NCBI GenBank assembly: GCA_046758745.1
Contig: JBHIAV010000002.1
Span: forward strand, 1-64,000
Length of the DNA stretch: 64,000 bases
Reading direction: 5' to 3'
Source: Gemmatimonadota bacterium
GTDB taxonomy: Bacteria > Gemmatimonadota > Gemmatimonadetes > Palauibacterales > Palauibacteraceae
The notes under the pieces are model-generated. The model searched no databases. It worked only from the letters and a program-made list of their open reading frames with translations, and was not told the DNA's origin. Both the position numbers and the translations under genes were made by a program. This document shows, piece by piece, positions 39,502 to 49,411 of this stretch (the first letter of the stretch is position 1; the number at the start of each line of letters is the position of its first letter).

Positions 39502-40920
39502 GTGAAAGTGACGCGGAGGTTCGGCAGAGGGACGGCGGCCATGCGACGGGCGGGCCGCGGACTCGCGGCCGGAGCTGCGTGCCTGGCACTGGTCACGCCG
39601 TCGAGCGAGACTGCAGGCGCGCAGGAGGCGGTGCCCCCCGTTCCCTTCGCCACCTGGCAGACCGAGCGGCCCGTGCTCGGCGTCTACCTCTCCGAGCGCT
39701 GCGAGTCGCCCCGACCCCGCTCGCGGCCGTGCTCGCGTCCCCCCCTCATCACAGCCGTCGAGGCCGGCGGACCGGCGGACCGTGCCGGCGTGCACCCGGG
39801 CGACACCCTCATCGCGGTCGACGGGAAGGGCCTCACCACCGAGGCGGGGCGGCGCGCGCTGGCCTCCCTCGAAGCGGGGCACGGCGTCCGCCTGACGCTT
39901 GGCCGCGTCGAAGGCGGGCCTCGATCGCTGGTCGTCATCCCGGAGGTATTGAAGACTCGAAGGGCGACGAAGCGGCTGCGGGCCCTCGCGGTGGGCCCGG
40001 GTGCGCTGGACGTCCAGCTGGTGGAGGTCCCGAGGTTCAGCTACCGCTTCCCGGGTGGCGATTCGCTCCGTGTCGTGCTCGACTCGCTTACGACGGTCGC
40101 CGGCGAGGGTGCGTTCGTGTGGGGCGGTGGGGCGGTGGTCTACTACGTGAGTGGCGATGGCGAAGGAGCCGGCGTCCGGATCGAGGAGTGGACTCCCGAG
40201 CGGGTTCGAGTCTTCGTGAAAGGCCGGGCGGAGGAGGAGGCCGCGGCCGAGGCCAGGCGGCACGCAGGGCGGCAGGGCGGCGAGGAAGGGGGCGCGCGGA
40301 CCGCTGCAGGAGGTGCGGGTGCTCGGACCGAGTTCGGTCCACTCGGCGCTTACGTGTGGGATAACCCCGACCTAGCCAGACGGCTCGAGCTGATACGGGA
40401 CTCGGTGAGCCGGGCGGTCCGGGTTCATCTCGATTCGCTACACCGCATCATGGCGGCGAGGGGCGGTCAGTTCCGCATCAGGCTGGACTCGGTTCACGCC
40501 TACTACCTGAAGGCGCTCCGGGAGGGGACCCGTGGGGCGGTCGTGGCGTCCCAGCGCGACCCGAATGCCCGAGCTCGGCTCGGCCCGACGCGGCGCATCC
40601 CTCCGGCGGAGTTCGAAGCGCTCTTCACCATGAAAGCCCGCGCCGCGGGCGCCGAGTTCACGCCCCTCACGCCAGGTTTGGCGGAGAACTTCGAGGGAGC
40701 GAGGAAGGGGCTCCTCGTCCTTCGGGTGCTCCCTGGGACCCCGGCCGCCCGGCTGGGACTGCGAGACGGCGACGTGGTCGTGGAGGCCGGCGGCGTCCAG
40801 TGCTCGAGCGTATCGGTCCTGCGGGAGGTTCTCTCCCGCGAACTCATGCGCCAGCGGGGCGTAGAGGTGAAATGGATCCGCAAAGGCCGCCCCATGTCAG
40901 GGAGAGTAAGCGGCTCGTAA
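39502..40920 (+). CDS. Secreted protein with two PDZ domains
   Basis: Signal peptide; VEAGGPADRAGVHPGD and VLPGTPAARLGLRDGDVV. Confidence 0.82.
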   Translation: MKVTRRFGRGTAAMRRAGRGLAAGAACLALVTPSSETAGAQEAVPPVPFATWQTERPVLGVYLSERCESPRPRSRPCSRPPLITAVEAGGPADRAGVHPGDTLIAVDGKGLTTEAGRRALASLEAGHGVRLTLGRVEGGPRSLVVIPEVLKTRRATKRLRALAVGPGALDVQLVEVPRFSYRFPGGDSLRVVLDSLTTVAGEGAFVWGGGAVVYYVSGDGEGAGVRIEEWTPERVRVFVKGRAEEEAAAEARRHAGRQGGEEGGARTAAGGAGARTEFGPLGAYVWDNPDLARRLELIRDSVSRAVRVHLDSLHRIMAARGGQFRIRLDSVHAYYLKALREGTRGAVVASQRDPNARARLGPTRRIPPAEFEALFTMKARAAGAEFTPLTPGLAENFEGARKGLLVLRVLPGTPAARLGLRDGDVVVEAGGVQCSSVSVLREVLSRELMRQRGVEVKWIRKGRPMSGRVSGS

Positions 40921-41167
40921 CGGACAGCGGCTCCTGACCGACGCGAAGGGTCGCGGGACGGTGGGATGACCGCCGCGATAGGAGAGCTTCAGGTCCGGGC
41001 TTTGGCGGGGGGCACGACGCGGACTCGGCCCCTGCATCGCGCCGGCCGAAGCTCGGCCCATGCCACGGCGCCGAGCGCGGCCCGTGCCGCTCACGCGCCT
41101 GGGACCGCTCGGGAGCGCTCTCTCCCCGCGCTTGTGGCGCCCCGTCGCAGCCTCGCAGATTCACGGC

Positions 41168-42451
41168 ATGTCGCGCACTTGGGTCGCTGGTACGGCCTCC
41201 GCCCCCTCCACCGGGTTCCTCCGCGACTTCCAAGAGCTGGCGGAGGAGCTGCGGTCGCGTTTCCGGGCCTGGGAGAGGGCGCCGGAGCGGTGGAGCGAGG
41301 GGTTCTTCTCCGAGCTCGCGCTGCGCGCCTTCGATCTCCAGTTCCGCCGAAACGTTCCCTACCGCAGATTCTGTGAGGCTCGGGGGATTACGCCGAGCGG
41401 GGTGAGCTCGTGGAGAGAGATCCCGCCCGTGCCGACGGCCGCCTTCCGGGACGTGCCTCTGGTCGTCGGGTCACCCGAGGAAGCGGCGCTCGAGTTCGTG
41501 ACGAGCGGCACGACAGGCGGCCCGGAGCGACGGGGCCGGCACCTGGTTCGAGACCCGAAGCTCTACCGGGCTTCGCTGGAGGCTGCCTTTCGAGTCTTCG
41601 TTGTGCAGTCCGATAGTCGACTTAGAATGCTGCCTCTTCTCCCGCGCTTTACGAAGGAGCGCGCCTCGTCTCTCGGCTGGATGGTGGAGGCGGTCTGCCA
41701 GCGCTTCGGGGAGGGAGAGCCGCCGCTGCCCGCCGGGGCGGAAGGGTTGGATTGGAGTGTAGCGGACCTGGCGCTCACGGCGGCCCTGGAGAGCGGAGAG
41801 CCGCTGTGCATTCTGGCGACCACCCTGGCCGTCGATGAGTGGATGCGGCGGCTGGCGCGTGACGGTGTCACGGTGAGGCTCCCGGCCCGGTCACGGCTGA
41901 TGGACACCGGGGGCACCAAGGGACGGCCGGGCGTGGAGCGGGAGCGTGTCGCGCGGGAGGTGGAGGCGCGCCTCGGCATCGAGCCGCGCTGGATCCTCAA
42001 CGAGTTCGGGATGACCGAGCTCCTGTCGCAGCGCTACGCGACCCTCGAGGTGCCGGCCGGGGAGGCGGCGGCGGTGCGCGGAGCGGCTTCTGAAGCGGCG
42101 ACCGACGGCCCACCCCGACGCAGGGCCTCGGCCCGCGATCGGCCGGTGACCAGCGCGTGCGGGCCAGCCGCGATGGCCATCTTCGTCGAAGCGGGGCTGC
42201 TGTACGGTCCGCCGTGGCTGCGCACGCGCGTGCTCGACCCGGTGAGCCTGGCCGAGCTTCCTGAAGGGGAGACCGGGATCCTATGCCACTTCGACCTCGC
42301 AAATGCGGGAAGCGTGTGCGCGGTCCTCACCGAGGACCTCGGGCGGGTGAGAGACGGTGGCGTCGAATGGATGGGCCGGATGCCCGGGGCGGCGTCCCGA
42401 GGCTGCTCCCTCGCCACCGCAGAACTGCTCGCCGCGCAGCAGCGTGCTTGA
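41168..42451 (+). CDS. LuxE/PaaK-family acyl-protein synthetase
   Basis: TSGTTG, DTGGTKG, NEFGMTEL, TEDLG, C-terminal RGCS. Confidence 0.88.
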   Translation: MSRTWVAGTASAPSTGFLRDFQELAEELRSRFRAWERAPERWSEGFFSELALRAFDLQFRRNVPYRRFCEARGITPSGVSSWREIPPVPTAAFRDVPLVVGSPEEAALEFVTSGTTGGPERRGRHLVRDPKLYRASLEAAFRVFVVQSDSRLRMLPLLPRFTKERASSLGWMVEAVCQRFGEGEPPLPAGAEGLDWSVADLALTAALESGEPLCILATTLAVDEWMRRLARDGVTVRLPARSRLMDTGGTKGRPGVERERVAREVEARLGIEPRWILNEFGMTELLSQRYATLEVPAGEAAAVRGAASEAATDGPPRRRASARDRPVTSACGPAAMAIFVEAGLLYGPPWLRTRVLDPVSLAELPEGETGILCHFDLANAGSVCAVLTEDLGRVRDGGVEWMGRMPGAASRGCSLATAELLAAQQRA

Positions 42452-43979
42452 TCTCTGGTACCTCCCCGGGTTCGAGACGGTGTGCGTGCCGGGCCCCGCG
42501 CCGGGACGGCCTGCGGAAGGGAGACGCCTGTCGAGGAGCTCGGCGGCATGGCACGTGGGCGCCGCAGCGGCCGGCGCGCCGTTCCGCTCGCCGCGCCTCA
42601 CCTCCGGGCAGGCGGCCAAGGTGGCGGAGATGGTGCGTGGTGCGGCACTCCAGGCACGCTCGGAGCGGCGAGTCGAGGAAGTCGTCCGCGCGATCGCGGC
42701 TGCTGCCGAACGGCTGGCGGATCCCGCGTCGGCGGAGGGTTCGGAGGCAGTGGCCCTCCTTGACGCCGAGCTGGGCTGGCCGGCTGAGCTGAGTTCCGAA
42801 ACGCTCGGCGGCATGGCGGACGGATGGACCGAGGAGGCGCTTCGCCGGCTGATCGAGTCCGAACTCGGCGACCTGCGCTACCTCGACGGCTTTCAGCCGG
42901 AGCCGCCGGGGGGCGCGGACCGTGCGGGAGATGGGGCGAACCGGGGTCGCTGGCGCCGGGCCGGCGGGCCCCCGCTCCTCTTCCAAGTACACGCCGGAAA
43001 CGTTCCCGGCGTGGCGATCACCGGCGTGATCCGCGGTCTCCTGGCGCGCTCCGGGGTGCTCGCCAAGCTCCCCGAGGACGAACCGGGTCTCCTGGTCCTC
43101 TTCGCCCGGGCCGTGGCCCGGCAGGATCCGCTCCTCGGACGGAGCATGGCCGCCACGTGGTGGCCCGGCTCCACGGATACGCCGGCCTGGGGTGAATGGG
43201 TAAAGCGTGCAGGCAAAGTCGTGGTGTACGGCGGAGAAGAGGCGGTTTCGGCGGTTCGCTCCCGGGTCACGGGAGGGGTGGAGGTGCTCGCCTATGGGCC
43301 CCGCGTGGGAGTCGCCGTCGTCTTCGCGGAGGGGCCCGCCTTCGGGGAGAGTGACGCGGCTACACGATCCGCCGCTCCGGGGGAGGACGCCCGACGATTG
43401 GCGCGGGACGTGTGCGCCTACGAGCAGCAGGGGTGCGTGTCGCCGCGCCTCGTCTATGTAGTGGGAGGGCCGGTGCGGCCGTTCGCCGCCCGTCTGGAGC
43501 GAGCCCTGGCGGAGGAAGTCGCCCGCATTCCGCGGCCGAGGGCCCGACCCGTCGATGCGGTGGCGATCCGCTCCATGCGAGCTGCGGCGGAGCTCCGTGG
43601 CTACGCGGAAGGGGGTGAAGAGGCGGCCGGAGGCGTGCTCGGCGCTCCGGAAGACCTCTCGTGGACGGTGGTGTGGTCGGAGAGACCGTCGATGTCGGGC
43701 GAGGCCCTCCCGCGCGTGGTCCATGTGTACCCGGCCCGTGACGTGAGCGAGCTGCTCGAGATCCTCTCGCCCCTGGAGGGTCGGATCCAGGCTGTCGGAT
43801 ACGCCGGCGGCGAAGGGTCCGCGGAGCTGGCCGCGCTCGCGGAGGGGGCAGCGAAACTCGGAGTGAGCCGGCTCACGCCCGTCGGCCGTATGGCCTGGCC
43901 TCCCGTCGACTGGCGCCACGACGGCCGCCATCAACTGCTCCCCCTCCTGCGGTGGACGGACTGGGAGTCCGCGGATTGA
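42444..43979 (+). CDS. LuxC-family acyl-CoA reductase
   Basis: HAGNVPG, VYGG, YEQQGCVSP (catalytic Cys), WRHDG; overlaps the LuxE-like gene. Confidence 0.88.
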   Translation: MLDLWYLPGFETVCVPGPAPGRPAEGRRLSRSSAAWHVGAAAAGAPFRSPRLTSGQAAKVAEMVRGAALQARSERRVEEVVRAIAAAAERLADPASAEGSEAVALLDAELGWPAELSSETLGGMADGWTEEALRRLIESELGDLRYLDGFQPEPPGGADRAGDGANRGRWRRAGGPPLLFQVHAGNVPGVAITGVIRGLLARSGVLAKLPEDEPGLLVLFARAVARQDPLLGRSMAATWWPGSTDTPAWGEWVKRAGKVVVYGGEEAVSAVRSRVTGGVEVLAYGPRVGVAVVFAEGPAFGESDAATRSAAPGEDARRLARDVCAYEQQGCVSPRLVYVVGGPVRPFAARLERALAEEVARIPRPRARPVDAVAIRSMRAAAELRGYAEGGEEAAGGVLGAPEDLSWTVVWSERPSMSGEALPRVVHVYPARDVSELLEILSPLEGRIQAVGYAGGEGSAELAALAEGAAKLGVSRLTPVGRMAWPPVDWRHDGRHQLLPLLRWTDWESAD

Positions 43980-44161
43980 GTCGGGCCGCCCTCGAAGGGC
44001 GGGTGGTGCCGAAGGCCATTCCCCCCTCCGAGCCGGCGGCGACCTGTACGCGGTCGGGGCGGTCCGATACTTTCGCGACCGGCCGCCCCAGGGGTGGGCG
44101 GTGCGTGGCGGGGAAGGACTCGGGGCGTCGCAGATTCGAGAGCACGAAGGAGGATGGAGCG

Positions 44162-46276
44162 ATGACGGCGGCGATGGGGGCGGACAGAGGTTCCGGGGCG
44201 AAGCGTCTCACCAGGGCGAGCGGGTCGGGAGTGGGGAGAGGCCCCAGCCCGGCGCAGGGTCTCTCCCGGGCGAGGGATCTCCGGCCGGCCGTGCGTCGCT
44301 GCACGGTGATAGCGGCCGCGCTTCTCCTGACCTCGGCCGCAGCTTCCGCCCAGGAAAGCGCGGCGCCGGTACCGTCGCGCCCGGCGCAGGGGCTGGTTGT
44401 CGACTACCCGGTGTTCCGTCCCGTCGTGCCGCCACCCGGATATCGGGCGGCCATAGAGCAGGGAACCCGAAGCGACGACGGCCGCCCCGGACCCGGCTAC
44501 TGGCAACAGCGGGTGGATTACCGGATCGAGACGGAGCTCCACCCCACCGACGCCCGCCTGGAAGGCCGGGAGACGATCACGTACACCAACAGCTCCCCTG
44601 ACTCTCTTCCCCGACTCGTGTTGCACCTGTACCAGAACGTCTTCTCGGAAGGGGTGACGAGGAACCGCCCCGTGGGATTCAAGGGAGGCGTCGAGCTGAA
44701 GCGGGTCGCCGTGGCCGGGGTCGATCTGGAGGAGATCACAGGACAGGAGTTTCAACGGCGGATCCGAGCGGGCCTCCGCCGCGAGGGAGGGTATCTGGTC
44801 GTTGGGACGATCGCGCATGTCCTGCTTCCGACGGACCTGCCTTCCGGAGGGAGCATGGAGCTCGAGGTCGAGTGGGCGATTCCGATCCCTGACACGGGCG
44901 CCTTCCGCATGGGCCACCTGCGCAACGAGATCTTCAACCTGGCCCAATGGTACCCGCAGGTCGCCGTGTACGACGACGTGTATGGGCAGGATGCCTCGCC
45001 CTACCTGGGCAACGGGGAGTTCTACACGGAGTTCGGGAGCTTCGACGTGTCGGTGACCGTGCCGGTGGGTTGGGTCGTCGTCGGTACCGGCGTGCTGAAG
45101 AACGCGGAGGAGGTGCTGCGGCCGGAGGCGCGCCGGCGTCTGGAAATGGCCGCCAAGTCCGATGAAGTCATCGGTGTCGTTACGGCCGGTGACCGTGCGG
45201 AGGGCCGCGCGACTGCTGCGGGGACGAACGGGAAGCTCACCTGGCGCTTCCACGCCGATAGCGTGCGGGACTTCGCCTTCGCAGCCGGGGTCCGCTACGT
45301 GTGGGACGCTACGAGCGCACGTACGGGGGATGGGAATCGGCGCGCTCTCATCCACGTCGTCCGGGACCCCGCGGTCGAGCACTGGAAGAAGGGGGCCGAG
45401 TACGCGAAGCACGCGCTCGAGTTCTACAGCGACTTCGTGATGCCCTATCCCTACCCCCACGCCACGGTGGCGTACGGTCCCCCGCAGGTAGGTGGGATGG
45501 AGTACCCGATGGTCACCTTCATCAACCGTTCGGCTCCCGGTGAGCCGTTCTACAGTGTCGTCGCGCACGAGCTGGGCCACTTCTGGTTCCCCATGATTGT
45601 CCAGAACAAGGAGATGGCATTCCCGTGGATGGATGAAGGGATCACCAACTTCGACGAGTCGCTTGCCCGGGCTGACTTCTTCGACAACGAGAACGCCCGC
45701 CGCGGCGACATGAGCGCCTACATCCAGGCAACTCGTTTCGGGGTCGAGGCGCCGTTGATGGAGCACACGGACTTCGTAGAGCACGGTTTCGGGCGAGCCG
45801 TCGCCGCGTACATGAAGCCGGCGACGATCCTCCACTCGCTGCGTCACATGCTAGGGGCCGAGAAGTTCGACGCCGCGTTCCGCCAGTTCGCCACCGATTG
45901 GGCATTCAAGCACCCGCTGCCGTGGGATTTCTTCAACGCGATGGAGCGTGCGGCGGGGGAGGATCTCGACTGGTTCTGGCAAGCATGGTTCTACGAGACC
46001 GTGACGCTGGACCAGGCGATCGAGGAGGTCACGCCTACCGACGGCGGGGTGTCGGTGACGGTGAAGAATCTGGGCGATGGCGTCATGCCGGTAGAGCTGG
46101 AGCTCGAGCTCGAGGATGGGACCAAGACCCGAGTGACGTGGGAAGCCGAGGTGTGGGCGGCAACCCGGACGGCGACCCGGACGCTGGCCGTGTCGGCCCC
46201 GGTCAAGAGGATCGTCATCGATCCCGACAGCTATTACCCGGACACGGACCGCTCGAACAACTCGTGGACGAAGTGA
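44162..46276 (+). CDS. Secreted M1 family metalloaminopeptidase
   Basis: GGMEYP, HELGH..WMDEG, PGPGYWQQ. AGGAGG RBS before ATG 44162. Confidence 0.92.
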   Translation: MTAAMGADRGSGAKRLTRASGSGVGRGPSPAQGLSRARDLRPAVRRCTVIAAALLLTSAAASAQESAAPVPSRPAQGLVVDYPVFRPVVPPPGYRAAIEQGTRSDDGRPGPGYWQQRVDYRIETELHPTDARLEGRETITYTNSSPDSLPRLVLHLYQNVFSEGVTRNRPVGFKGGVELKRVAVAGVDLEEITGQEFQRRIRAGLRREGGYLVVGTIAHVLLPTDLPSGGSMELEVEWAIPIPDTGAFRMGHLRNEIFNLAQWYPQVAVYDDVYGQDASPYLGNGEFYTEFGSFDVSVTVPVGWVVVGTGVLKNAEEVLRPEARRRLEMAAKSDEVIGVVTAGDRAEGRATAAGTNGKLTWRFHADSVRDFAFAAGVRYVWDATSARTGDGNRRALIHVVRDPAVEHWKKGAEYAKHALEFYSDFVMPYPYPHATVAYGPPQVGGMEYPMVTFINRSAPGEPFYSVVAHELGHFWFPMIVQNKEMAFPWMDEGITNFDESLARADFFDNENARRGDMSAYIQATRFGVEAPLMEHTDFVEHGFGRAVAAYMKPATILHSLRHMLGAEKFDAAFRQFATDWAFKHPLPWDFFNAMERAAGEDLDWFWQAWFYETVTLDQAIEEVTPTDGGVSVTVKNLGDGVMPVELELELEDGTKTRVTWEAEVWAATRTATRTLAVSAPVKRIVIDPDSYYPDTDRSNNSWTK

Positions 46277-46307
46277 CCTGTCTCGGAGGCGACGGGAGAC
46301 AGAGCCG

Positions 46308-46781
46308 CTAAGCCAGCTTCTGCAGCTCCTCGAGGAGTTCGGTCCTCGACATCGCGGATCTCGGGTTCAGTCCGCCCCGCCGGTAGCGAAGGATCCCGTC
46401 CTTGTCGACCAGCACCGTGCCGCTTCGCTGGATCAGCTTCCATGCCTTCTCGAAGCCGTAGGCCCGGTACGTCCTTCGGTCGGGATCCGAGAGGACGGGG
46501 AAGGACATTCCGAGCAGACGATGGACGCGGGCCGCGGCGGCGGGGCTCCCGCCGCCGATGACCAGCGCTGTCGCGCTCTGGGCCTGCAGCTCCTCGGCCA
46601 TCCGCCCCAACTGGGCGGCGTGCATGAGACACGGCACTCAGGTGAACTCCCGCACGAAGTGGATCACCACGTGTCGGTAGTTTCGGAAGGCGGCCAGCGT
46701 CACGCGGCTTCCCGAGCCGGAGACTAGGTCGAAGTCGGGCGCTGGCGACCCGATGCCCGGAGCGACGAAGTCGGGGTTCAT
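46308..46781 (-). CDS. Peroxiredoxin-like (AhpC/TSA, redoxin) selenoprotein with UxxC
   Basis: GGAGGAGG RBS, ATG 46781, GSPAPDFDL..VTLAAF..VVIHFVREFT-TGA(46638-46640)-VPC continuing in frame to GTVLVDKDGILRY. Confidence 0.82.
46602..46618 (-). promoter_or_regulatory. Candidate bacterial SECIS hairpin
   Basis: CCGCCC-AGUUG-GGGCGG beginning 20 nt after the in-frame UGA; G at loop position 2. Confidence 0.6.
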
Positions 46782-46804
46782 CTTCCTCCTCCCGACGGAT
46801 GGGT

Positions 46805-48502
46805 TCAGGGTGTGGGCGCGTCCGGCTCTGGCGTCCGCCAGCGCCCGTTCTGTTCCTCGGCCAGCGCGTGTTCAGGCTCGCACCGGCGTCGGTACACCGT
46901 GAACGCGCCGACCACGCTCAGGCGGTCGTAGGATTGGAAGATCTCGGCGAAGCGTGTGTCCTGCGAAAAATACTCGACGTAGTCGAACGCAGTCGCGCCC
47001 AGACGTGATTTGGTCCGTGCCGACTCGACGATGAGCAGCGCGGGTCGTTCCCGCAGAAGGTCCTCGACCACCACGTTCACCAGCCAGCGCTCCAGCTCCG
47101 GCCGCTCATGCGGCGGATGGTAAGGGAAGGGCGACGCCCTCGGCTCTACGTCGGCATACAGCCCGGGCAGGGGCCAGAGCTGCAGGAAGCGAGATCCCCA
47201 CCTCACGCCCGTCTGGCTGACCAGGGGGAAGCCGACGGGCGCGGCCGAAAGGGCCACCACCGCCTCGTCGGCCGAGGCGTTTTCGCGCACCAGGCGGGCC
47301 AGCGCGGGGAACGACCCGCGTGCCTCCGGATGCCGTGCCGCCGTCGCCCCGGAGAGCACCAGGATTCCCACCATGCCGAGGACGGCCATGAAGGAGCCAA
47401 CCGCGCCGATGGCGCTGAGGTGCTGGCCGGACGGCTCCTCGTGCGCTCGGCCACGTCCCACACGCACCGCGCCCTCGGCCCCCGCCCAGACCGTCACCCC
47501 CGCCAGCACCGAGGCGGCGGCGAGCGGCGGGTACAGCTGGTAGGTCCACCCCTTCCCCTGAAGAAACGCCGCCACGGTGAAGCCGGCCGTGGCGAGCGCG
47601 AGGACCCATGAGAGTTCGCGATAGGGTGGAGCCGGCCGCAGCAGCGAGAAAAGCGCGAGCGACGCGCCGGCCCAGATGAGCTGCGGGGATCGCACGAGGT
47701 CTTCCATGGCGACGTCGAAAGCCCCGTACACCTGGACAACCGCGGCCGCCATGTCGAGGTACCGGGGACTCACCAGAAGGACGACGAGCCCGTACCCCGC
47801 GATCACCGCGTAGGCGATGGCGCTCTCCGGCCGCGTCGTTCGCGACCGGTCGGGAGAAGCGCGGTCTGGCCGCCGCCGGACCAGTGCCGCATAGCCGTCG
47901 CCAGCGAGAAGCGGCACCAGGAAATGCGGCTTGAGGGCGAAGCCGAGCCCGCCCGCCACGCCGATCGCTGCGGCCGCCAGCCGGGGCAACGTCGCCCCGC
48001 TCGCCCGTAGCGCCGTGGCGAGGAAGTAGGGCGTCACCAGCATCAGCATCAGGTGTTCCCGCTGTCCGAACGCTCCGCGCGAGAGGGGGAGGAAGACGAA
48101 CGCGACGAGCAGCAAAAGGTACGTCACGGTCGGCCGCCCGCCGTCGCGGCAGAGCCAGCGGACAGCGGCGAGCGAGCCGAGGGCGAGCGCGGCGACGAGC
48201 AGATTGAAGAACACGAAATGCGAGATCCCCGTGAGCCGGCCGAGCAGGGCCGGCGTGAGGTTGAGCCAGACGATGAGCGGGGGGTTCGTGTCGAAGAGGT
48301 CGACATAGAGCCGCGCGCCGTCGAGGACCCGCTCCGCCGAGTACAGGTACCAGGCGACGTCGGGGAGGGGTGCGTCACGGAAGGCCCGAAACAGCCCGGC
48401 GGCGACCACCGCGCCGACGAGAAGCCACCCGGCCGGTCCGCGCAGGGGCCGGAACCTGAGGTCGTGGAGAGCGCGAGCCAGCCCTCGCTTGGAGAGCCTC
48501 AC
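46805..48502 (-). CDS. Polytopic membrane protein, possibly GT-C-fold glycosyltransferase-like
   Basis: Many TM segments; first loop D.AWYL..G.RLY.D.FDTNPPL; KPHF. Confidence 0.55.
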   Translation of the reverse strand: MRLSKRGLARALHDLRFRPLRGPAGWLLVGAVVAAGLFRAFRDAPLPDVAWYLYSAERVLDGARLYVDLFDTNPPLIVWLNLTPALLGRLTGISHFVFFNLLVAALALGSLAAVRWLCRDGGRPTVTYLLLLVAFVFLPLSRGAFGQREHLMLMLVTPYFLATALRASGATLPRLAAAAIGVAGGLGFALKPHFLVPLLAGDGYAALVRRRPDRASPDRSRTTRPESAIAYAVIAGYGLVVLLVSPRYLDMAAAVVQVYGAFDVAMEDLVRSPQLIWAGASLALFSLLRPAPPYRELSWVLALATAGFTVAAFLQGKGWTYQLYPPLAAASVLAGVTVWAGAEGAVRVGRGRAHEEPSGQHLSAIGAVGSFMAVLGMVGILVLSGATAARHPEARGSFPALARLVRENASADEAVVALSAAPVGFPLVSQTGVRWGSRFLQLWPLPGLYADVEPRASPFPYHPPHERPELERWLVNVVVEDLLRERPALLIVESARTKSRLGATAFDYVEYFSQDTRFAEIFQSYDRLSVVGAFTVYRRRCEPEHALAEEQNGRWRTPEPDAPTP

Positions 48503-48602
48503 CCCTTGCCCTCGCAGGGGCGCCGCTCCACCGCCCGGGCCGCGGCCCGCACGCGGCCGCCGCCGTTGACGGCCGCGCTCTGGCGCCCGAGGATCCGAGA
48601 AT

Positions 48603-49337
48603 ATGAGCGCATCGTACGATTCCTACGCCGTCGCGTGGTCGGGAGGCAAGGACTCCGCCCACGCGCTGCACCGGGCCCGGCGCGGCGGCTACCCCGTCAC
48701 CTGCCTGTTGAACCTTTACGACGGAGCATCCGGCCGCGTGCGCTTCCACGGCGTTCGGCAGGAGCTCATCGCGGCGCAAGCGCACGCTCTCGGCTGCAGT
48801 CTGCATCAGCGCGCCACAGGGAGAGACGATTTCGAGGCCGTCTTCCTCGCTGCCCTGGAGGAGCTCCGCGCCGCGGGGATGCGTGGGGTCGTCTTCGGCA
48901 ACATCCACCTGGCCGACGTGCGGGAGTGGTACGAGACGAGGACACGGAGGCTCGGCCTCGACCACGTAGAGCCGCTGTGGGGGGAAGACCCGGGCCGGCT
49001 GGCGCGCGAGGCCGTCGAAGCCGGCATCCGTGCCACGATCGTGAGCGTGGATCTGGCGCAGGCCGATGCCGCTTGGCTCGGATGCGGTCTTTCGGAGAAG
49101 CTCATCCGGGAGATGGAGGAGAGCACGGGAGCCGACCCGTGCGGCGAGCACGGAGAGTACCACACCTTTGTGCACGACGGTCCGGATTTCCGCTGGCCGC
49201 TTCGGCTGCGAGCGGGCGACATCTTCGAGGCCGAGAACCATCGCCTGCTCGACTTGATCCTCGACCCGGAGGCCCGATCGGCGGGGCCCGTCCCGGCCGC
49301 CCCCGTGGGTCGCAGGGCCGAGCCGCCGGCGAGGTAG
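48603..49337 (+). CDS. Dph6/diphthine-ammonia ligase-like PP-loop ATPase
   Basis: WSGGKDS, FGNI, EPLW, DPCGEHGEYHT. Confidence 0.88.
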   Translation: MSASYDSYAVAWSGGKDSAHALHRARRGGYPVTCLLNLYDGASGRVRFHGVRQELIAAQAHALGCSLHQRATGRDDFEAVFLAALEELRAAGMRGVVFGNIHLADVREWYETRTRRLGLDHVEPLWGEDPGRLAREAVEAGIRATIVSVDLAQADAAWLGCGLSEKLIREMEESTGADPCGEHGEYHTFVHDGPDFRWPLRLRAGDIFEAENHRLLDLILDPEARSAGPVPAAPVGRRAEPPAR

Positions 49338-49411
49338 CCCGTCTGCACCCCGGGCCCATACCTTCGGACCGGTCCGTGAGTGAACGCAACGTAGAGAGGA
49401 GACCGCCGCCC

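Noticed and set aside
41168-43979. Bioluminescence operon
   Set aside because: No luxA, luxB or luxD; LuxC/LuxE homologues occur in non-luminous bacteria.
48603-49337. Bacterial diphthamide pathway
   Set aside because: Dph6-like PP-loop proteins are common in bacteria, and no other dph genes are present.
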